Source: a bacterium
GTDB taxonomy: Bacteria; UBA8248
Length of the DNA: 64,000 nt
NCBI GenBank assembly: GCA_965219955.1
Contig: OZ244799.1
Span: 1,472,001 to 1,536,000, forward strand
Reading direction: 5' to 3'
Shown: positions 1 through 9,601 of the stretch, in pieces
How the letters are laid out: every line of letters starts with the position of its first letter
How positions within the stretch are numbered: the first letter of the stretch is position 1
Translations under genes and position numbers: made by a program
Notes under the pieces: model-generated
What the model saw: the letters and a program-made list of their open reading frames with translations, nothing else
Database searches by the model: none
What the model was told of the DNA's origin: nothing

Positions 1-1081
1 CAAGAAACTGGTGAAATCATTCGGGCCCGAAGTGGCCGTGGCGGGCATCGACCTTTCCGTCGAACAGGGAGAGTTCGTCACCCTCCTGGGGCCTTCGGGC
101 TGCGGAAAAACCACGACGCTCCGGTGCATCGCCGGCCTCGAGCATCCCGACAGCGGCGATATTCAAATCGAGGGAGACTACGTCACTTCCGTGTCGAACG
201 AGGTTTTCCTGACGCCGGAGGAAAGAAACCTCGGCATGGTGTTCCAGAGCTACGCCGTCTGGCCGCACATGACGGTCTTCGACAACGTGGCCTACGGCCT
301 GAGGATCCGGCGCGAAACCAGGGCCGCCATCAAGGAGAAAACGACGAAGGCGCTCGACCTCGTGGGTCTGGGCCATCTCGCGGAGCGCTACGCCACCAAG
401 CTTTCAGGCGGGCAGCGCCAGCGCGTCGCCCTCGCTCGCGCCATCGTCTACAACCCCAAGGTGGTGCTCTTCGACGAGCCCCTGAGCAACCTCGACGCCA
501 AGTTGCGCGAGCAGATGCGCATCGAACTCACCCGCCTGCAGCATGACGTGGGCATCACATCGATCTACGTCACGCACGACCAGACCGAGGCGCTCGTGAT
601 GAGCGACAGGGTCGTCGTGATGGACAAGGGCGTGATCCAGCAAATCGGCGACCCCGAATCCATCTACGCCGAACCCACGAACGCGTTCGTGGCGAATTTC
701 ATCGGCGTGGCCAACCTCATGGAAGGCAAGCTTCTCGGCCACGACGGGGAGCTGACGGACCTCGAAATTCCCCTGGGTGACGGCAGCGCTCCCATCCGCC
801 TGAAAGCCACCGGCGCGGAAGGGTCCCCCGCCGGGTCGAAAATCATCCTGAGCATCCGCCCGGAGGACATCCTGCTTCACCTCGAAAAACCGGCCGAGGC
901 GATGAACCTTATCGAAGGCGAGGTGATCGACACCGTGTATCTGGGCAACTTCCTCGACTGCCAGGTCCAGGTCGGCCCGCACGAGGTGGGCGTGCAAATC
1001 GACCACTTCGAGGAACTCGACACCGGACAGAAGGTGTATCTCTCCTTCACGCCCGACCACGGCCTTTGCCTCACCGAATAG
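1..1081 (+). CDS. ABC transporter ATP-binding protein, PotA/AfuC family with C-terminal TOBE domain (probably 5'-truncated by the window edge)
   Basis: Walker A GPSGCGKTT, signature LSGGQRQR, Walker B VLFDEP, H-loop VTHD; the frame is open to the window start. Confidence 0.92.
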   Translation, partial: KKLVKSFGPEVAVAGIDLSVEQGEFVTLLGPSGCGKTTTLRCIAGLEHPDSGDIQIEGDYVTSVSNEVFLTPEERNLGMVFQSYAVWPHMTVFDNVAYGLRIRRETRAAIKEKTTKALDLVGLGHLAERYATKLSGGQRQRVALARAIVYNPKVVLFDEPLSNLDAKLREQMRIELTRLQHDVGITSIYVTHDQTEALVMSDRVVVMDKGVIQQIGDPESIYAEPTNAFVANFIGVANLMEGKLLGHDGELTDLEIPLGDGSAPIRLKATGAEGSPAGSKIILSIRPEDILLHLEKPAEAMNLIEGEVIDTVYLGNFLDCQVQVGPHEVGVQIDHFEELDTGQKVYLSFTPDHGLCLTE

Positions 1082-1085
1082 CCCC

Positions 1086-2132
1086 ATGTCCCCCCGCGCT
1101 CAAGCAGGCCCCAAACTTCTGGCGGGTGGGGATATCGCTATCAACCGAGCGGAGGCGAAAGGCGCTTTCGGCAGGCTGATTCCCCTCCTCCGTGAAGCGG
1201 ACGTCTCTTTCGCCAACCTGGAACTGCCCCTTTCTCACGACGGAAAACCCGCGCCCGAGAAAATCTTGTTGCGCGGCGCGCCGGATATGGCCGGCGCCCT
1301 CACCGAGGCCGGCTTCGACGTCATGGCCTTTGCGAACAATCATGTGCTCGACTACGGAGAAGACGCCTTTGCGGAAACCATGTCGCTCATGGATTCTCTG
1401 GGCGTCGCCCTCGTGGGCGGCGGGGTGAACCTCGCGCAGGCGAGAAAACCCGTCCTCATCGAACGCGGGAATCTGGCGATTGGCTTTCTGGCGTACTGCT
1501 CCGTCATCCCGAGGGGGTTCGAGGCCACGGCGGCCGGGCCGGGCGTGAACCCCATACGCGCCCACACGGCCTACCGCCCCTGGCGCGACCTCTCGGAATA
1601 CCCGGGCACCCCGCCGCGAATCGAAACCTGGGCGGAACCCGCCCATCTCGCGCGCATGAAGCGCGACGTTCGAAGCCTCAAGAAAAAAGCGGACCTGGTC
1701 GTCGTGAACCACCACTGGGGCACGAGCATGACGCACGAGGTAATGGCTTTCGAGCGAGAAATCGCCCACGCCACCATCGACGCGGGCGCGGACCTCGTTT
1801 TAGGAGGCCACCCGCACGTCCTGCAGGCTGTCGAATTCCACAAGGGCGCGCCCATCGTCTACAGCATGGGGAACCTGATATTCGACTTCGACATCCCGTT
1901 TTTCACCGACGAGACGCACGACACCTTCCTGTTCGGCTGCGCGCTGACCAAAAAGGGAGTGAGAGACCCTTACCTGATTCCCGTAACGGCCGGCGTATTC
2001 TCCAGACCCAGGCTCCATTCGCCCAGGCGGGGCGAGGGCCGCCGAATCACGGGCGTCATGGAAGCGCTCAACGAACCCTTCGGGACGAAACTGGAAGTTC
2101 AAGGCGATCGGGTGCTGATTTCCGCACCCTAA
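1086..2132 (+). CDS. CapA-family metallophosphoesterase (PGA_cap domain)
   Basis: Motifs GDI, ANLE, ANNHxxDYG, HWG, GGHPHV, YSMGN typical of the CapA/YwtB family; 4 nt downstream of the ABC ATPase. Confidence 0.88.
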   Translation: MSPRAQAGPKLLAGGDIAINRAEAKGAFGRLIPLLREADVSFANLELPLSHDGKPAPEKILLRGAPDMAGALTEAGFDVMAFANNHVLDYGEDAFAETMSLMDSLGVALVGGGVNLAQARKPVLIERGNLAIGFLAYCSVIPRGFEATAAGPGVNPIRAHTAYRPWRDLSEYPGTPPRIETWAEPAHLARMKRDVRSLKKKADLVVVNHHWGTSMTHEVMAFEREIAHATIDAGADLVLGGHPHVLQAVEFHKGAPIVYSMGNLIFDFDIPFFTDETHDTFLFGCALTKKGVRDPYLIPVTAGVFSRPRLHSPRRGEGRRITGVMEALNEPFGTKLEVQGDRVLISAP

Positions 2133-2192
2133 GAATCAATCCCCCGCGAATATCGACAGCACCACCGGCGAGCTTTGCCTTGCAGGATATTC

Positions 2193-2552
2193 CTAACTCA
2201 GCACCCCGTCGGCGTCGCGAACCGGCCCCTTGATGATGATGGCCTGCATCTTCTCGCCCACGGCCGCCGTCTTGTGCTCCATGCCTGCGGGGATGAACGC
2301 CACCGCCCCCGGGTAGAGGTCGATTTTCTCGCCGTGCGTCTCCGTATAGCCCCGTCCGCTCAGCACCCAGATGACTTCCTCCTGTCCGGGGTGCGCGTGC
2401 GGCTCGTGCGGGGTGGCGGGGTCGTACTCGGTGAGCCCCACGCGCACGTGTTCGGAGCCGTTGGCGGCCGGGCTCACCAGGATTTTCGTCTGCCCCCAAT
2501 CCACGGGCTTGAAAGCCGCTTTCTGAACGTCCACCACTGATTTCTCCGGCAT
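2193..2552 (-). CDS. Cupin domain protein
   Basis: HxH..EE..VLSG and IPAGMEH cupin metal motifs. Confidence 0.85.
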   Translation of the reverse strand: MPEKSVVDVQKAAFKPVDWGQTKILVSPAANGSEHVRVGLTEYDPATPHEPHAHPGQEEVIWVLSGRGYTETHGEKIDLYPGAVAFIPAGMEHKTAAVGEKMQAIIIKGPVRDADGVLS

Positions 2553-2596
2553 TCCATTCTCCTATATTTTACTTGAATAATTTTTAATAACCCATT

Positions 2597-3652
2597 CTAT
2601 CTTAACCTGTTCCTTACGGCATCTGCGCATTCTTTCGTGGTCAATTTCCCTCCGATATCTCCAGTGCGCTCCCCGTGCGCGATAGCCTCTTCCACGGCGC
2701 GCCGGATGGCGGCTCCGCCCGCCCCGCAGCCCAGGTGATCCAGCAACAAAGCGCCCGTCAAAATGGCCGCCATCGGGTTGGCGATACCGCGCCCGTAGAT
2801 GTCGGGCGCCGTGCCGTGGACCGGCTCGAACATCGAGACGCCCTCGAGATTCACGTTCGCGGAAGGCGCCAGGCCCAGCCCGCCCACGAGGCCGGAGGTG
2901 ATGTCGCTCAGAATGTCGCCGAACATGTTGTTGGTGACGATGACGTCGAATTCTCCTGGATGCTGAATCACCTCCATCGCCACCGCGTCGATGTGCCTGG
3001 CTTCGGACTCGACGTCCTCGAAATCCGCGCGCACCTCATCGAACACGCGCCGCCAGATTCCGCCCGCGTAGCGAAGCCCGCTCGCCTTGTCCGCCATGGT
3101 GACTTTTCTGCGCTTATGACGCCTCGCGAACTCGAACGACGCCCGGATGACGCGCTCCACCCCCTTGTAGGTGTGCACCTCTTCCTGAAGAGCGACCTCG
3201 TCTTTCGTGCCCTCCTTGAAAAACCCGCCCACGTTCACGAACAAACCCTCGGTGTTCTCGCGCACGACGACGTGGTCGATGTCGCCCGCCCCTTTATTCT
3301 TGAGGGGCGTCAAATCCTCATGGTAGAGCCTGCAGGGGCGGATGTTCGCGTATAAATCCAGCCCGAAGCGAACCCCCAGAATCACTTCTTCCTGCACGAT
3401 GGAACCGGGAACCCGCGGATCGCCGATGGCCCCCTGAAAAACGGCGTCGAAACCCGCCCGAAGGGTATCGCAGCCGTCTTCGGGCATCCCCCTGCCCTGC
3501 TCCAGATACCGGTCGCTCCCCCAGTCGAAGTATTCGAACTCGACCGGAAACGAAGCGGCCTCGGCCGCCGCCCGGAGCGTCTCCTCCGCCTCGGGCATCA
3601 CCTCGTTCGCGATTCCGTCTCCGCGCACCACCGCTATGCGAGCCACTCTCAT
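2597..3652 (-). CDS. Isocitrate/isopropylmalate/tartrate dehydrogenase family protein
   Basis: GDGI, RENTEG, NMFGDILSD, FEPVHGTAPDI, ANPMA motifs; start moved to the ATG at 3652. Confidence 0.9.
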   Translation of the reverse strand: MRVARIAVVRGDGIANEVMPEAEETLRAAAEAASFPVEFEYFDWGSDRYLEQGRGMPEDGCDTLRAGFDAVFQGAIGDPRVPGSIVQEEVILGVRFGLDLYANIRPCRLYHEDLTPLKNKGAGDIDHVVVRENTEGLFVNVGGFFKEGTKDEVALQEEVHTYKGVERVIRASFEFARRHKRRKVTMADKASGLRYAGGIWRRVFDEVRADFEDVESEARHIDAVAMEVIQHPGEFDVIVTNNMFGDILSDITSGLVGGLGLAPSANVNLEGVSMFEPVHGTAPDIYGRGIANPMAAILTGALLLDHLGCGAGGAAIRRAVEEAIAHGERTGDIGGKLTTKECADAVRNRLR

Positions 3653-3825
3653 CTCTCCCCTGTTCCAGACAGCATTCCCGAAAAGAAGCGCATTTTGACA
3701 AAACGCGAGCGCAACCCGCAAGGCGAGCCGCAACCCGGCGCGACTTCCCGAAAAACGCATAGACGGGCTAATATGCGCAGTATTCACGGCATCATCAAAA
3801 TCAACATTTTTTCGAGGAGATGTTC

Positions 3826-4923
3826 ATGGTTGAGTCCGGTCCCCTGCCCGAAGGCACGGTGCGGTTTCCCGCCGAAGTTATCGAAGAGTTCGTCTACACC
3901 ATCTTCCGCAACAAGGACGTGCCCGAGGACGACGCCCGCCTGGTGGCGAAAGTATTGGTCAGCGCCGATTTGAGAGGCATCCGCAGCCACGGGGCGGCGC
4001 GGCTGACCTTCTTCATGGTTCGCATCGAGAACGGCGTGCTCAACAACAGGCCCGACATGAAGTTCTACAAGGGAAGCGACACCACCGGCCTTCTCGACGC
4101 GGACGACGCCATCGGCATCGTCGCCTCGAACCGCGCGATGGACGAGGCCCTCGCCATGGCGGAAAAGCACGGCTCCGGCTTCGTGACCGTGCGCAACAGC
4201 AGCCACTTCGGGTATGCAGGCTATTGGGCCCAAAAGGCGATGGAGGCGGGTTTCATCGGCATCAGCATGACGAACGGCGGACGGCGCACCGCGCCCACCT
4301 TCGGGGCGGAGGCGATCTTCGGCACAAACCCGATGAGCGTGGCGATACCCGGCGGGCCGGGAGGAACCGATTTTCATCTCGACATGGCCACCGCCGTAAC
4401 CGCCGTGGGTAAAATCGAGACGGCGCTGCGCGAAGGGCGCGAAGTCCCCAAGGGGTGGGTGCTCTCCTCGCTGGGAACGCCGACCCTGAACGAGAAGAGC
4501 ATCCTGAACTACGAGGTGCCGCTCGCGCCCCTGGGCGGCGAGGGAGACGAGACCGGCGGCCACAAGGGCTACGGTCTCCAGCTGATGGTGGATATTCTGT
4601 GCGGCGTGCTCTCGGGCGCGGGTCTGGAAAGCCGCCTGGCGGGCGCGGCAGGCAAGGCGAAATCCGCCACGGGCCACTTCATGGGCGCGATCAAGACGTC
4701 CGGCTTCAGGGACTTGTCCGCCATATACGGGGACATGACGAAACTCTTCGAGACCATCCGGGGGGCGAAAAAAGCGCCGGGCCACGACCGCATCTACATT
4801 CACGGCGAGCCCGAGGCCATTGCCGAGGAGGAGAACAGGCGCATCGGCGTGCCCATCACCCCCGCCGTCCTGGAGCAGATGCAAAGGCTGAACGAGGAAC
4901 TCGAACTCGGTTTCGAGCTTTAG
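3826..4923 (+). CDS. Ldh_2 family (malate/L-lactate/ureidoglycolate/sulfolactate dehydrogenase-like) oxidoreductase
   Basis: ADLRGIRSHG, NSSHFG, GTNP, LDMAT, GHKGYGL motifs. Confidence 0.9.
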   Translation: MVESGPLPEGTVRFPAEVIEEFVYTIFRNKDVPEDDARLVAKVLVSADLRGIRSHGAARLTFFMVRIENGVLNNRPDMKFYKGSDTTGLLDADDAIGIVASNRAMDEALAMAEKHGSGFVTVRNSSHFGYAGYWAQKAMEAGFIGISMTNGGRRTAPTFGAEAIFGTNPMSVAIPGGPGGTDFHLDMATAVTAVGKIETALREGREVPKGWVLSSLGTPTLNEKSILNYEVPLAPLGGEGDETGGHKGYGLQLMVDILCGVLSGAGLESRLAGAAGKAKSATGHFMGAIKTSGFRDLSAIYGDMTKLFETIRGAKKAPGHDRIYIHGEPEAIAEEENRRIGVPITPAVLEQMQRLNEELELGFEL

Positions 4924-4973
4924 GCTTTCGGCGAGGTTCAAGCGTAGGGGCCGCATACGGGATTGTCGAAAAC

Positions 4974-5040
4974 CCCTTCGTCCCGAGCAGCGCCCTCGTT
5001 CGCCTCACCCTGAGTAGCGGCGAAGCCGCGTATCGAAGGG
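4974..5040. repeat. REP-like palindromic element (CCCTGAG...CGAAGGG type)
   Basis: CCCTTCG at 4974-4980 is complementary to CGAAGGG at 5034-5040; internal hairpin GCGGCGAAGCCGC. Confidence 0.5.
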
Positions 5041-5454
5041 AGGTTGTTGAAAAAGCTCCCATTCCAGGGGGTCAGAGGAGACGCCCCTCTCGGCTTGAAA
5101 GGCCCCCCCTACCCCCCCTTGACAGGGGTTGTTGAAAAACTCAGGAACTCTGGATTTGTCGTATGTAACCAACCAACGAGAGAGAAAAATCACTCCCCCC
5201 TTGAGGGGGAGTCGATGAAGCCGAGCGGTTTGTGCGAAGGCTGAATCGGTGGGGGGAAATACGTTTTATCGCCATCCGAATTATACCCCCCACCGACTCG
5301 CTTTCGGGCTTACGCCCTTAGCTCTTCGACTCCCCCTCAAGGGGGGAGTGAACGTCAAAAACTTGCGCTCAACCAAAATCGGTCCACGGGGCTTTTTCAA
5401 CGGCCCCGGACAGGGGGGTAAGGGGGGGTTGCCTTTATCCCCGATGAGGGGTTG
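5041..5454. mobile_element. Nested non-autonomous repeat composite (REP + MITE-like), copy 1
   Basis: GTTGAAAAA...TTTTTCAAC termini; perfect 26-bp inverted repeat at 5190-5215/5326-5351; inner 11-bp IR at 5246-5256/5286-5296; shares sequence with 59236-59716; lies between convergent genes. Confidence 0.8.
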
Positions 5455-5499
5455 GGGCGCTTACGCGGGATGAGGTATCAGAGGTTCCGCGAAGCCCGC

Positions 5500-6087
5500 T
5501 CAAGACCCGGCCGCCCGCTTCAGGTATTCGACGATCGCGGGAGCGTCCCATTTGCGGGCGCCGATGATTTTTTGCAGGAGGCGGCCCTGGCGGTCCACGA
5601 TGAACGTCTCCGGCACGCCGGTCGTGCGGTAGAGCTTCTTGATGCTCCCGCGCGGGTCGAGCAGAATCGGGAACGTGAGGCCGAAGCGGTCGACGAATTT
5701 CCGGACCGCATCCGCCCCCAGGGCGTCGATGCTCACCGCCAGTATCTCGAACGGCGCGCCGTCTTTTTTCATCCGGGCGTAGAGGCGCTGCAAATCCGGC
5801 ATCTCATCCAGGCACGGGACGCACCACGTGGCCCACACGTTGATGAGAACCACCTTGTCCTTCCGGCTTGCGAGAGAGACGCTCCCACCACCCAGAAGCG
5901 GGTATTCAAAGGGGGGTACTTGCCGGCCGATTTCCAGATTGGTCACCGGCGCTTGCTCGACATGCTCCGTCGTCAGGCGCTCGCCCACCGCCCAGAGCAG
6001 CGTCAAGAGCACCGGCGCCAGAATGAACGAGAGAGCCAGCCGCTTCGCCTTTCGCTGGTCTGGCTTCGAGCTGTTAGACGCTGCCAT
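5500..6087 (-). CDS. TlpA/ResA-family thiol-disulfide reductase (CcmG-like)
   Basis: N-terminal TM helix, WATWCVPC active site, GVPET cis-Pro loop. Confidence 0.9.
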   Translation of the reverse strand: MAASNSSKPDQRKAKRLALSFILAPVLLTLLWAVGERLTTEHVEQAPVTNLEIGRQVPPFEYPLLGGGSVSLASRKDKVVLINVWATWCVPCLDEMPDLQRLYARMKKDGAPFEILAVSIDALGADAVRKFVDRFGLTFPILLDPRGSIKKLYRTTGVPETFIVDRQGRLLQKIIGARKWDAPAIVEYLKRAAGS

Positions 6088-6091
6088 ACTT

Positions 6092-6775
6092 TCAACTTTT
6101 CTCATCGAGCAAGTGCCCTACGAGAGCGAAGGCGGCCTCGCTGTCCCATTCGCGGGGTCCTACGCCGTAGCCCACTACCTGGCCTTGCCTGTCCAGGAGA
6201 TACGTCGTCGGCAGGCCCCGCACCTTGTAGAGCGCCTTCGCCTTGTGCTCGGGGTCGAGGACGATGGGGAAAGTCAGTTTCAGCTTTGCGACGAATTCGC
6301 GCACATCGTCTTCATTGCCCTGGTCCAGCGATATCGCTACGATCTCGAGACCACTCGGCTTGTATTTCGCATAAAGCCGCTCCATCGAGGGCATTTCCCG
6401 GATGCACGGCTGGCACCACGTCGCCCAGAAATTCACCAGGACGAGCTTGCCCGTATGCTGCGTGAGGGAATGATTCTGACCATCCAGGGCCTTGAGCATC
6501 ACGTCCGGGGCATCGGCGCGCTGGACCTGCTTCAGAAAAATCATGTCGCGGTAGAGTGAGTCGTCATCTCCTGCGCCTTCCTTCGGCATGACCTGCGCCT
6601 GCTTTCTTTCCACCTCTTGCGCCGGCCGCTCCCCCTGTTTTCCGAAATACACAATCATCCAGACAACCAGGACGAGGCTGATCACCATTCCAGTCAGCCG
6701 CCATTTGATGCTCCGGCGGGGTGGAGAGAATCCGTCGAGATTTCTGGCGAGTTCGGTTTTGGGATTATAATTCAT
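6092..6775 (-). CDS. TlpA/ResA-family thiol-disulfide reductase (second paralog)
   Basis: TM anchor, FWATWCQPC, GLPTT. Confidence 0.9.
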   Translation of the reverse strand: MNYNPKTELARNLDGFSPPRRSIKWRLTGMVISLVLVVWMIVYFGKQGERPAQEVERKQAQVMPKEGAGDDDSLYRDMIFLKQVQRADAPDVMLKALDGQNHSLTQHTGKLVLVNFWATWCQPCIREMPSMERLYAKYKPSGLEIVAISLDQGNEDDVREFVAKLKLTFPIVLDPEHKAKALYKVRGLPTTYLLDRQGQVVGYGVGPREWDSEAAFALVGHLLDEKS

Positions 6776-6806
6776 CGAATGCTCTCAGCGTGCGGAGTAT
6801 GGCGGC

Positions 6807-7295
6807 TCAGCCCTCGAAATCGCCAAGCTCGCGCTGCAAGCGATTGTCCAGGGGATCATCCGAGGCGGATTTTTGCGGGGCTTCTCCCCTCTCCTCGCTT
6901 TGCCCGGCGTCGTCTGGGCGCTTCGTCCACGCCCTCACCAGGACGAATACCACGCCGAAACCCGCCAGCACCCCCCCGAAAGGAAGAAGCCAGGCGGTAA
7001 GATAAAAACCCTCCGCCGGTGGTTTCGGCAGGACTTCCCGGCCGTACACTTCGACGAAATACCGGACGATCTCCTCTTTCGTCTCACCGGAGAATATCTT
7101 GCGGCGCACGAGTTCGCGGAGCTGGGCGCCCTCGCTGCTCGGGCAGTCGTGGAGCAGTTTCCCCGGGCAGACGGGGCTCATCAGGGCGCCCGCCACTTCG
7201 GAGAAGGTGGTCTTCGCTCCAGGCGAGGCGGCCTCCACAGCCGGGTGCGCATTGAAAGCGACTACGAGACATAAGGCGAGAACAAATCGCATCAT
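6807..7295 (-). CDS. ccmH: CcmH-like cytochrome c biogenesis protein (N-terminal domain only)
   Basis: Signal peptide, LMSPVCPGKLLHDC, YFVEVYGREVL..PP and AWLLP segments; ATGA overlap with ccmD. Confidence 0.75.
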   Translation of the reverse strand: MMRFVLALCLVVAFNAHPAVEAASPGAKTTFSEVAGALMSPVCPGKLLHDCPSSEGAQLRELVRRKIFSGETKEEIVRYFVEVYGREVLPKPPAEGFYLTAWLLPFGGVLAGFGVVFVLVRAWTKRPDDAGQSEERGEAPQKSASDDPLDNRLQRELGDFEG

Positions 7296-7426
7296 GGAGA
7301 ATCTCCCCCGGGGGCAAGTTTTTTCTCCTCCTCGATCAAAATATCCATCCGCGCCTTGAGAGTCCACCAGTAAATCGCAAAACCTCCCAAAACGACGATG
7401 TACGCCGCCGCCACGTAGCCCATCAT
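7292..7426 (-). CDS. ccmD: Heme exporter protein D (44 aa, MMGYVAAAYIVVLGGFAIYWWTLKARMDILIEEEKKLAPGGDSP)
   Basis: Single TM helix with YVxxAY plus charged tail; ATGA-coupled to ccmC and ccmH; appears only as the tail of ORF 7292..8185 in the track. Confidence 0.8.
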   Translation of the reverse strand: MMGYVAAAYIVVLGGFAIYWWTLKARMDILIEEEKKLAPGGDSP

Positions 7427-8118
7427 CCTTCCTCCCGCGCGGCGCGCGCCTCTTCCACCCGCGCGTTCAGACGCTCGATTTGCGCGCGCTTCCGGACGAA
7501 ACACACGAACAGGAGCGTAAAAGCCAGCAGGGAACTCCACAGCGCGACGTGCATGGAATCGGGCAGATCCCTCAGCCCGCCCGAGCGCATCACCACGGGC
7601 CTGGGATGGAGGGTGCGCCACCATTCCACCGACATGTGCACGATGGGCACGTTCAGAAAGCCCACAATCCCCATCACGGCGGCGAAACGCGCCCTCTGCT
7701 CCGGTTCCGTCATGTAGGCGCGCAGCATCAGATACCCCACGTATATCATCCAGAGAATGAGCGTGGTGGTGAGCCGCGCGTCCCACGTCCACCACACGCC
7801 CCATACAGGGCGGGCCCAGATGGGCCCGGTGATCAGCACCAGCGTGCAGAAAACCACCCCCGCTTCCGCGCAGGCGTGCGCGCGGATGTCGTCGTCCGGA
7901 TTCCTTTTCGCCAGATATTTGATCGAGAAAATGAACACCAGGAAAAAGGCCAGATACGCCACCCAGGCCGATGGCACGTGGATGTAGAATATACGCTGCG
8001 GCGGCCCCTGGAGCCTGTCGGTGCCGGCGATGAAGAAATCCGCGAAAATGGCGAAAGCGAGAATGCCCAGGGTGAGAACCGGCAACCACCCGAACACTCC
8101 CCCCTCGTTTCGGCGCAT
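7423..8118 (-). CDS. ccmC: Heme exporter protein C
   Basis: YIHVPSAW, WARPVWGVWWTWDARLT (WWD motif), WWRTLHP. Confidence 0.95.
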   Translation of the reverse strand: MRRNEGGVFGWLPVLTLGILAFAIFADFFIAGTDRLQGPPQRIFYIHVPSAWVAYLAFFLVFIFSIKYLAKRNPDDDIRAHACAEAGVVFCTLVLITGPIWARPVWGVWWTWDARLTTTLILWMIYVGYLMLRAYMTEPEQRARFAAVMGIVGFLNVPIVHMSVEWWRTLHPRPVVMRSGGLRDLPDSMHVALWSSLLAFTLLFVCFVRKRAQIERLNARVEEARAAREEG

Positions 8119-8197
8119 CAAGCGCTCCTCCCGGCGGCGCAGGACAGCGGCAATATATAAAGTGATTCAATAAATATAATAGCATAATTCATTGATA

Positions 8198-8887
8198 TTA
8201 TTCTTCTAATATGTATTCGAACACCATCGAAGCGGCCACCAAGAATACCACATCATACACCAACATCAAGCGAATCCAATCCCTGGAATCCGCCCATCCG
8301 CCGCCGCCGAGATGCGCTTCCGTCGCCTTGACGGCGGCGATCAGAACGGGCACGAGAACGGGAAACATCAAAACGGGCAGCAAGACCTCGCGCGTCCGCG
8401 TGCGCGCGCTCATGGCGGAGAACAATGTGCCGGCAGCAGCGACTCCCAAGGTGGCCGAGGCAGCGATGAGCGCGAGCGCACCGGCCGACTTCCACACATC
8501 CGCACGATAGAGAACCGCCAAAACGGCGAAGCCCACAAACTCCATGATTCCCATCAAAACGGCGACGGACAGCACTTTGCCCAGATACAACGCGGAAGGA
8601 TCGGCGGGGCTCGCGTACATGGCCGAAAAACCTGTGCTCTCGCGCTCCACGCCCATGGTACGGGACAGCCCGACGACGCAGGCGAACAGGAACGATATCC
8701 ACAAGATTCCCGCCTGGACGGCCCGCGCGTTCTCCCCGCTCCCTCCCCCCGGGCCGAAGGCGAAGCTGAACAGCGTGAGCACAAGCAGCGCAAAAACCAC
8801 CATGACGAGGAGACTTTCCTTCGTCCGCCATTCGAGGCGCAAGTCCTTTTCCACCACCGCTGAGAGGACGGAAAAAAAACGCCTCAT
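8198..8887 (-). CDS. ccmB: Heme exporter protein B
   Basis: KDLRLEWR, six hydrophobic helices, LLPVLMFPVLVPVLI motif, operon position. Confidence 0.92.
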   Translation of the reverse strand: MRRFFSVLSAVVEKDLRLEWRTKESLLVMVVFALLVLTLFSFAFGPGGGSGENARAVQAGILWISFLFACVVGLSRTMGVERESTGFSAMYASPADPSALYLGKVLSVAVLMGIMEFVGFAVLAVLYRADVWKSAGALALIAASATLGVAAAGTLFSAMSARTRTREVLLPVLMFPVLVPVLIAAVKATEAHLGGGGWADSRDWIRLMLVYDVVFLVAASMVFEYILEE

Positions 8888-9588
8888 GCCGAACCTCCGG
8901 GGTATCCATCGAGCGCGGCCAGCACTCCTTCTTCGCTCGAATTTTGAACATCCTCCTCATAGACGAGCCTGCCCCCGGCCAGAACGGCGATTCTCCCCGC
9001 CACCTCAAAGGCTTTAGCTACATCGTGCGTCGTGAACACCACGATGTAGTCACGAAGATCCCGCATCAACTCGATTACACTCTTCAAGCGTTCCACCGCG
9101 TTCGCGTCCAGACCGGAAAACGGCTCATCGAGCAGCACGACCTCGGGTGTATGCAAAAGCGTGCGCATAAACGCCGCGCGCTGTCTGAGCCCCTGGCTCA
9201 AGACGCGCACGGGCTCATCCAGGCGTTCCTCCATTTCGAGCGTGCCCGCCAATAGAACCATACGCGTCAGCATTGCTTTGCGCTCCACGCCGAATAGCCT
9301 GGCGAAGTATTCGAGGTTCTCCCGGACCGTCAGTCCCTCATAGAGCATGGGCTCGTGCGAGAGCAGGCCGATTCTGCCCCTCGCCTCGCGGGAGATTGGC
9401 TCGCCGGACAGGCGCACCGCCCCTTCGGTCGGCTGCAGCAAACCGGCCAGCGTCTTGAGAAGGGTGGTCTTGCCCGAGCCGTTCTTGCCGAGAAGAGCCA
9501 GCGTTTCTCCCGGGGAGACGGACAGGTTCAACTCCTTGAGCGCCCACCTCCACCCGTAGCGCCTGGATACGCCAAGAGCCTCCAGCAC
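8884..9588 (-). CDS. ccmA: Heme exporter ATP-binding protein
   Basis: GKNGSGKTT, LSQGLRQR, LLDEPFSGLD; GTG start inferred at 9588; overlaps the ccmB start. Confidence 0.88.
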   Translation of the reverse strand: MLEALGVSRRYGWRWALKELNLSVSPGETLALLGKNGSGKTTLLKTLAGLLQPTEGAVRLSGEPISREARGRIGLLSHEPMLYEGLTVRENLEYFARLFGVERKAMLTRMVLLAGTLEMEERLDEPVRVLSQGLRQRAAFMRTLLHTPEVVLLDEPFSGLDANAVERLKSVIELMRDLRDYIVVFTTHDVAKAFEVAGRIAVLAGGRLVYEEDVQNSSEEGVLAALDGYPGGSA

Positions 9589-9601
9589 GGCATCCGCCCT
9601 C

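Noticed and set aside
1086-2132. Poly-gamma-glutamate capsule locus
   Set aside because: Only the CapA-like domain is present; no synthetase capB/capC in the window
5041-5454. Possible CRISPR array or riboswitch
   Set aside because: No regularly spaced direct repeats with unique spacers and no cas genes; the position between convergent 3' ends does not fit a riboswitch
5005-5473. Short ORFs (62-74 aa) in the intergenic region
   Set aside because: They are translations of the palindromic repeat composite (PPYPPLTG, PLEGE) with no coding features
7292-8185. 297-aa ORF overlapping ccmC
   Set aside because: Off-frame shadow of ccmC; only its last 44 codons (ccmD) are credible
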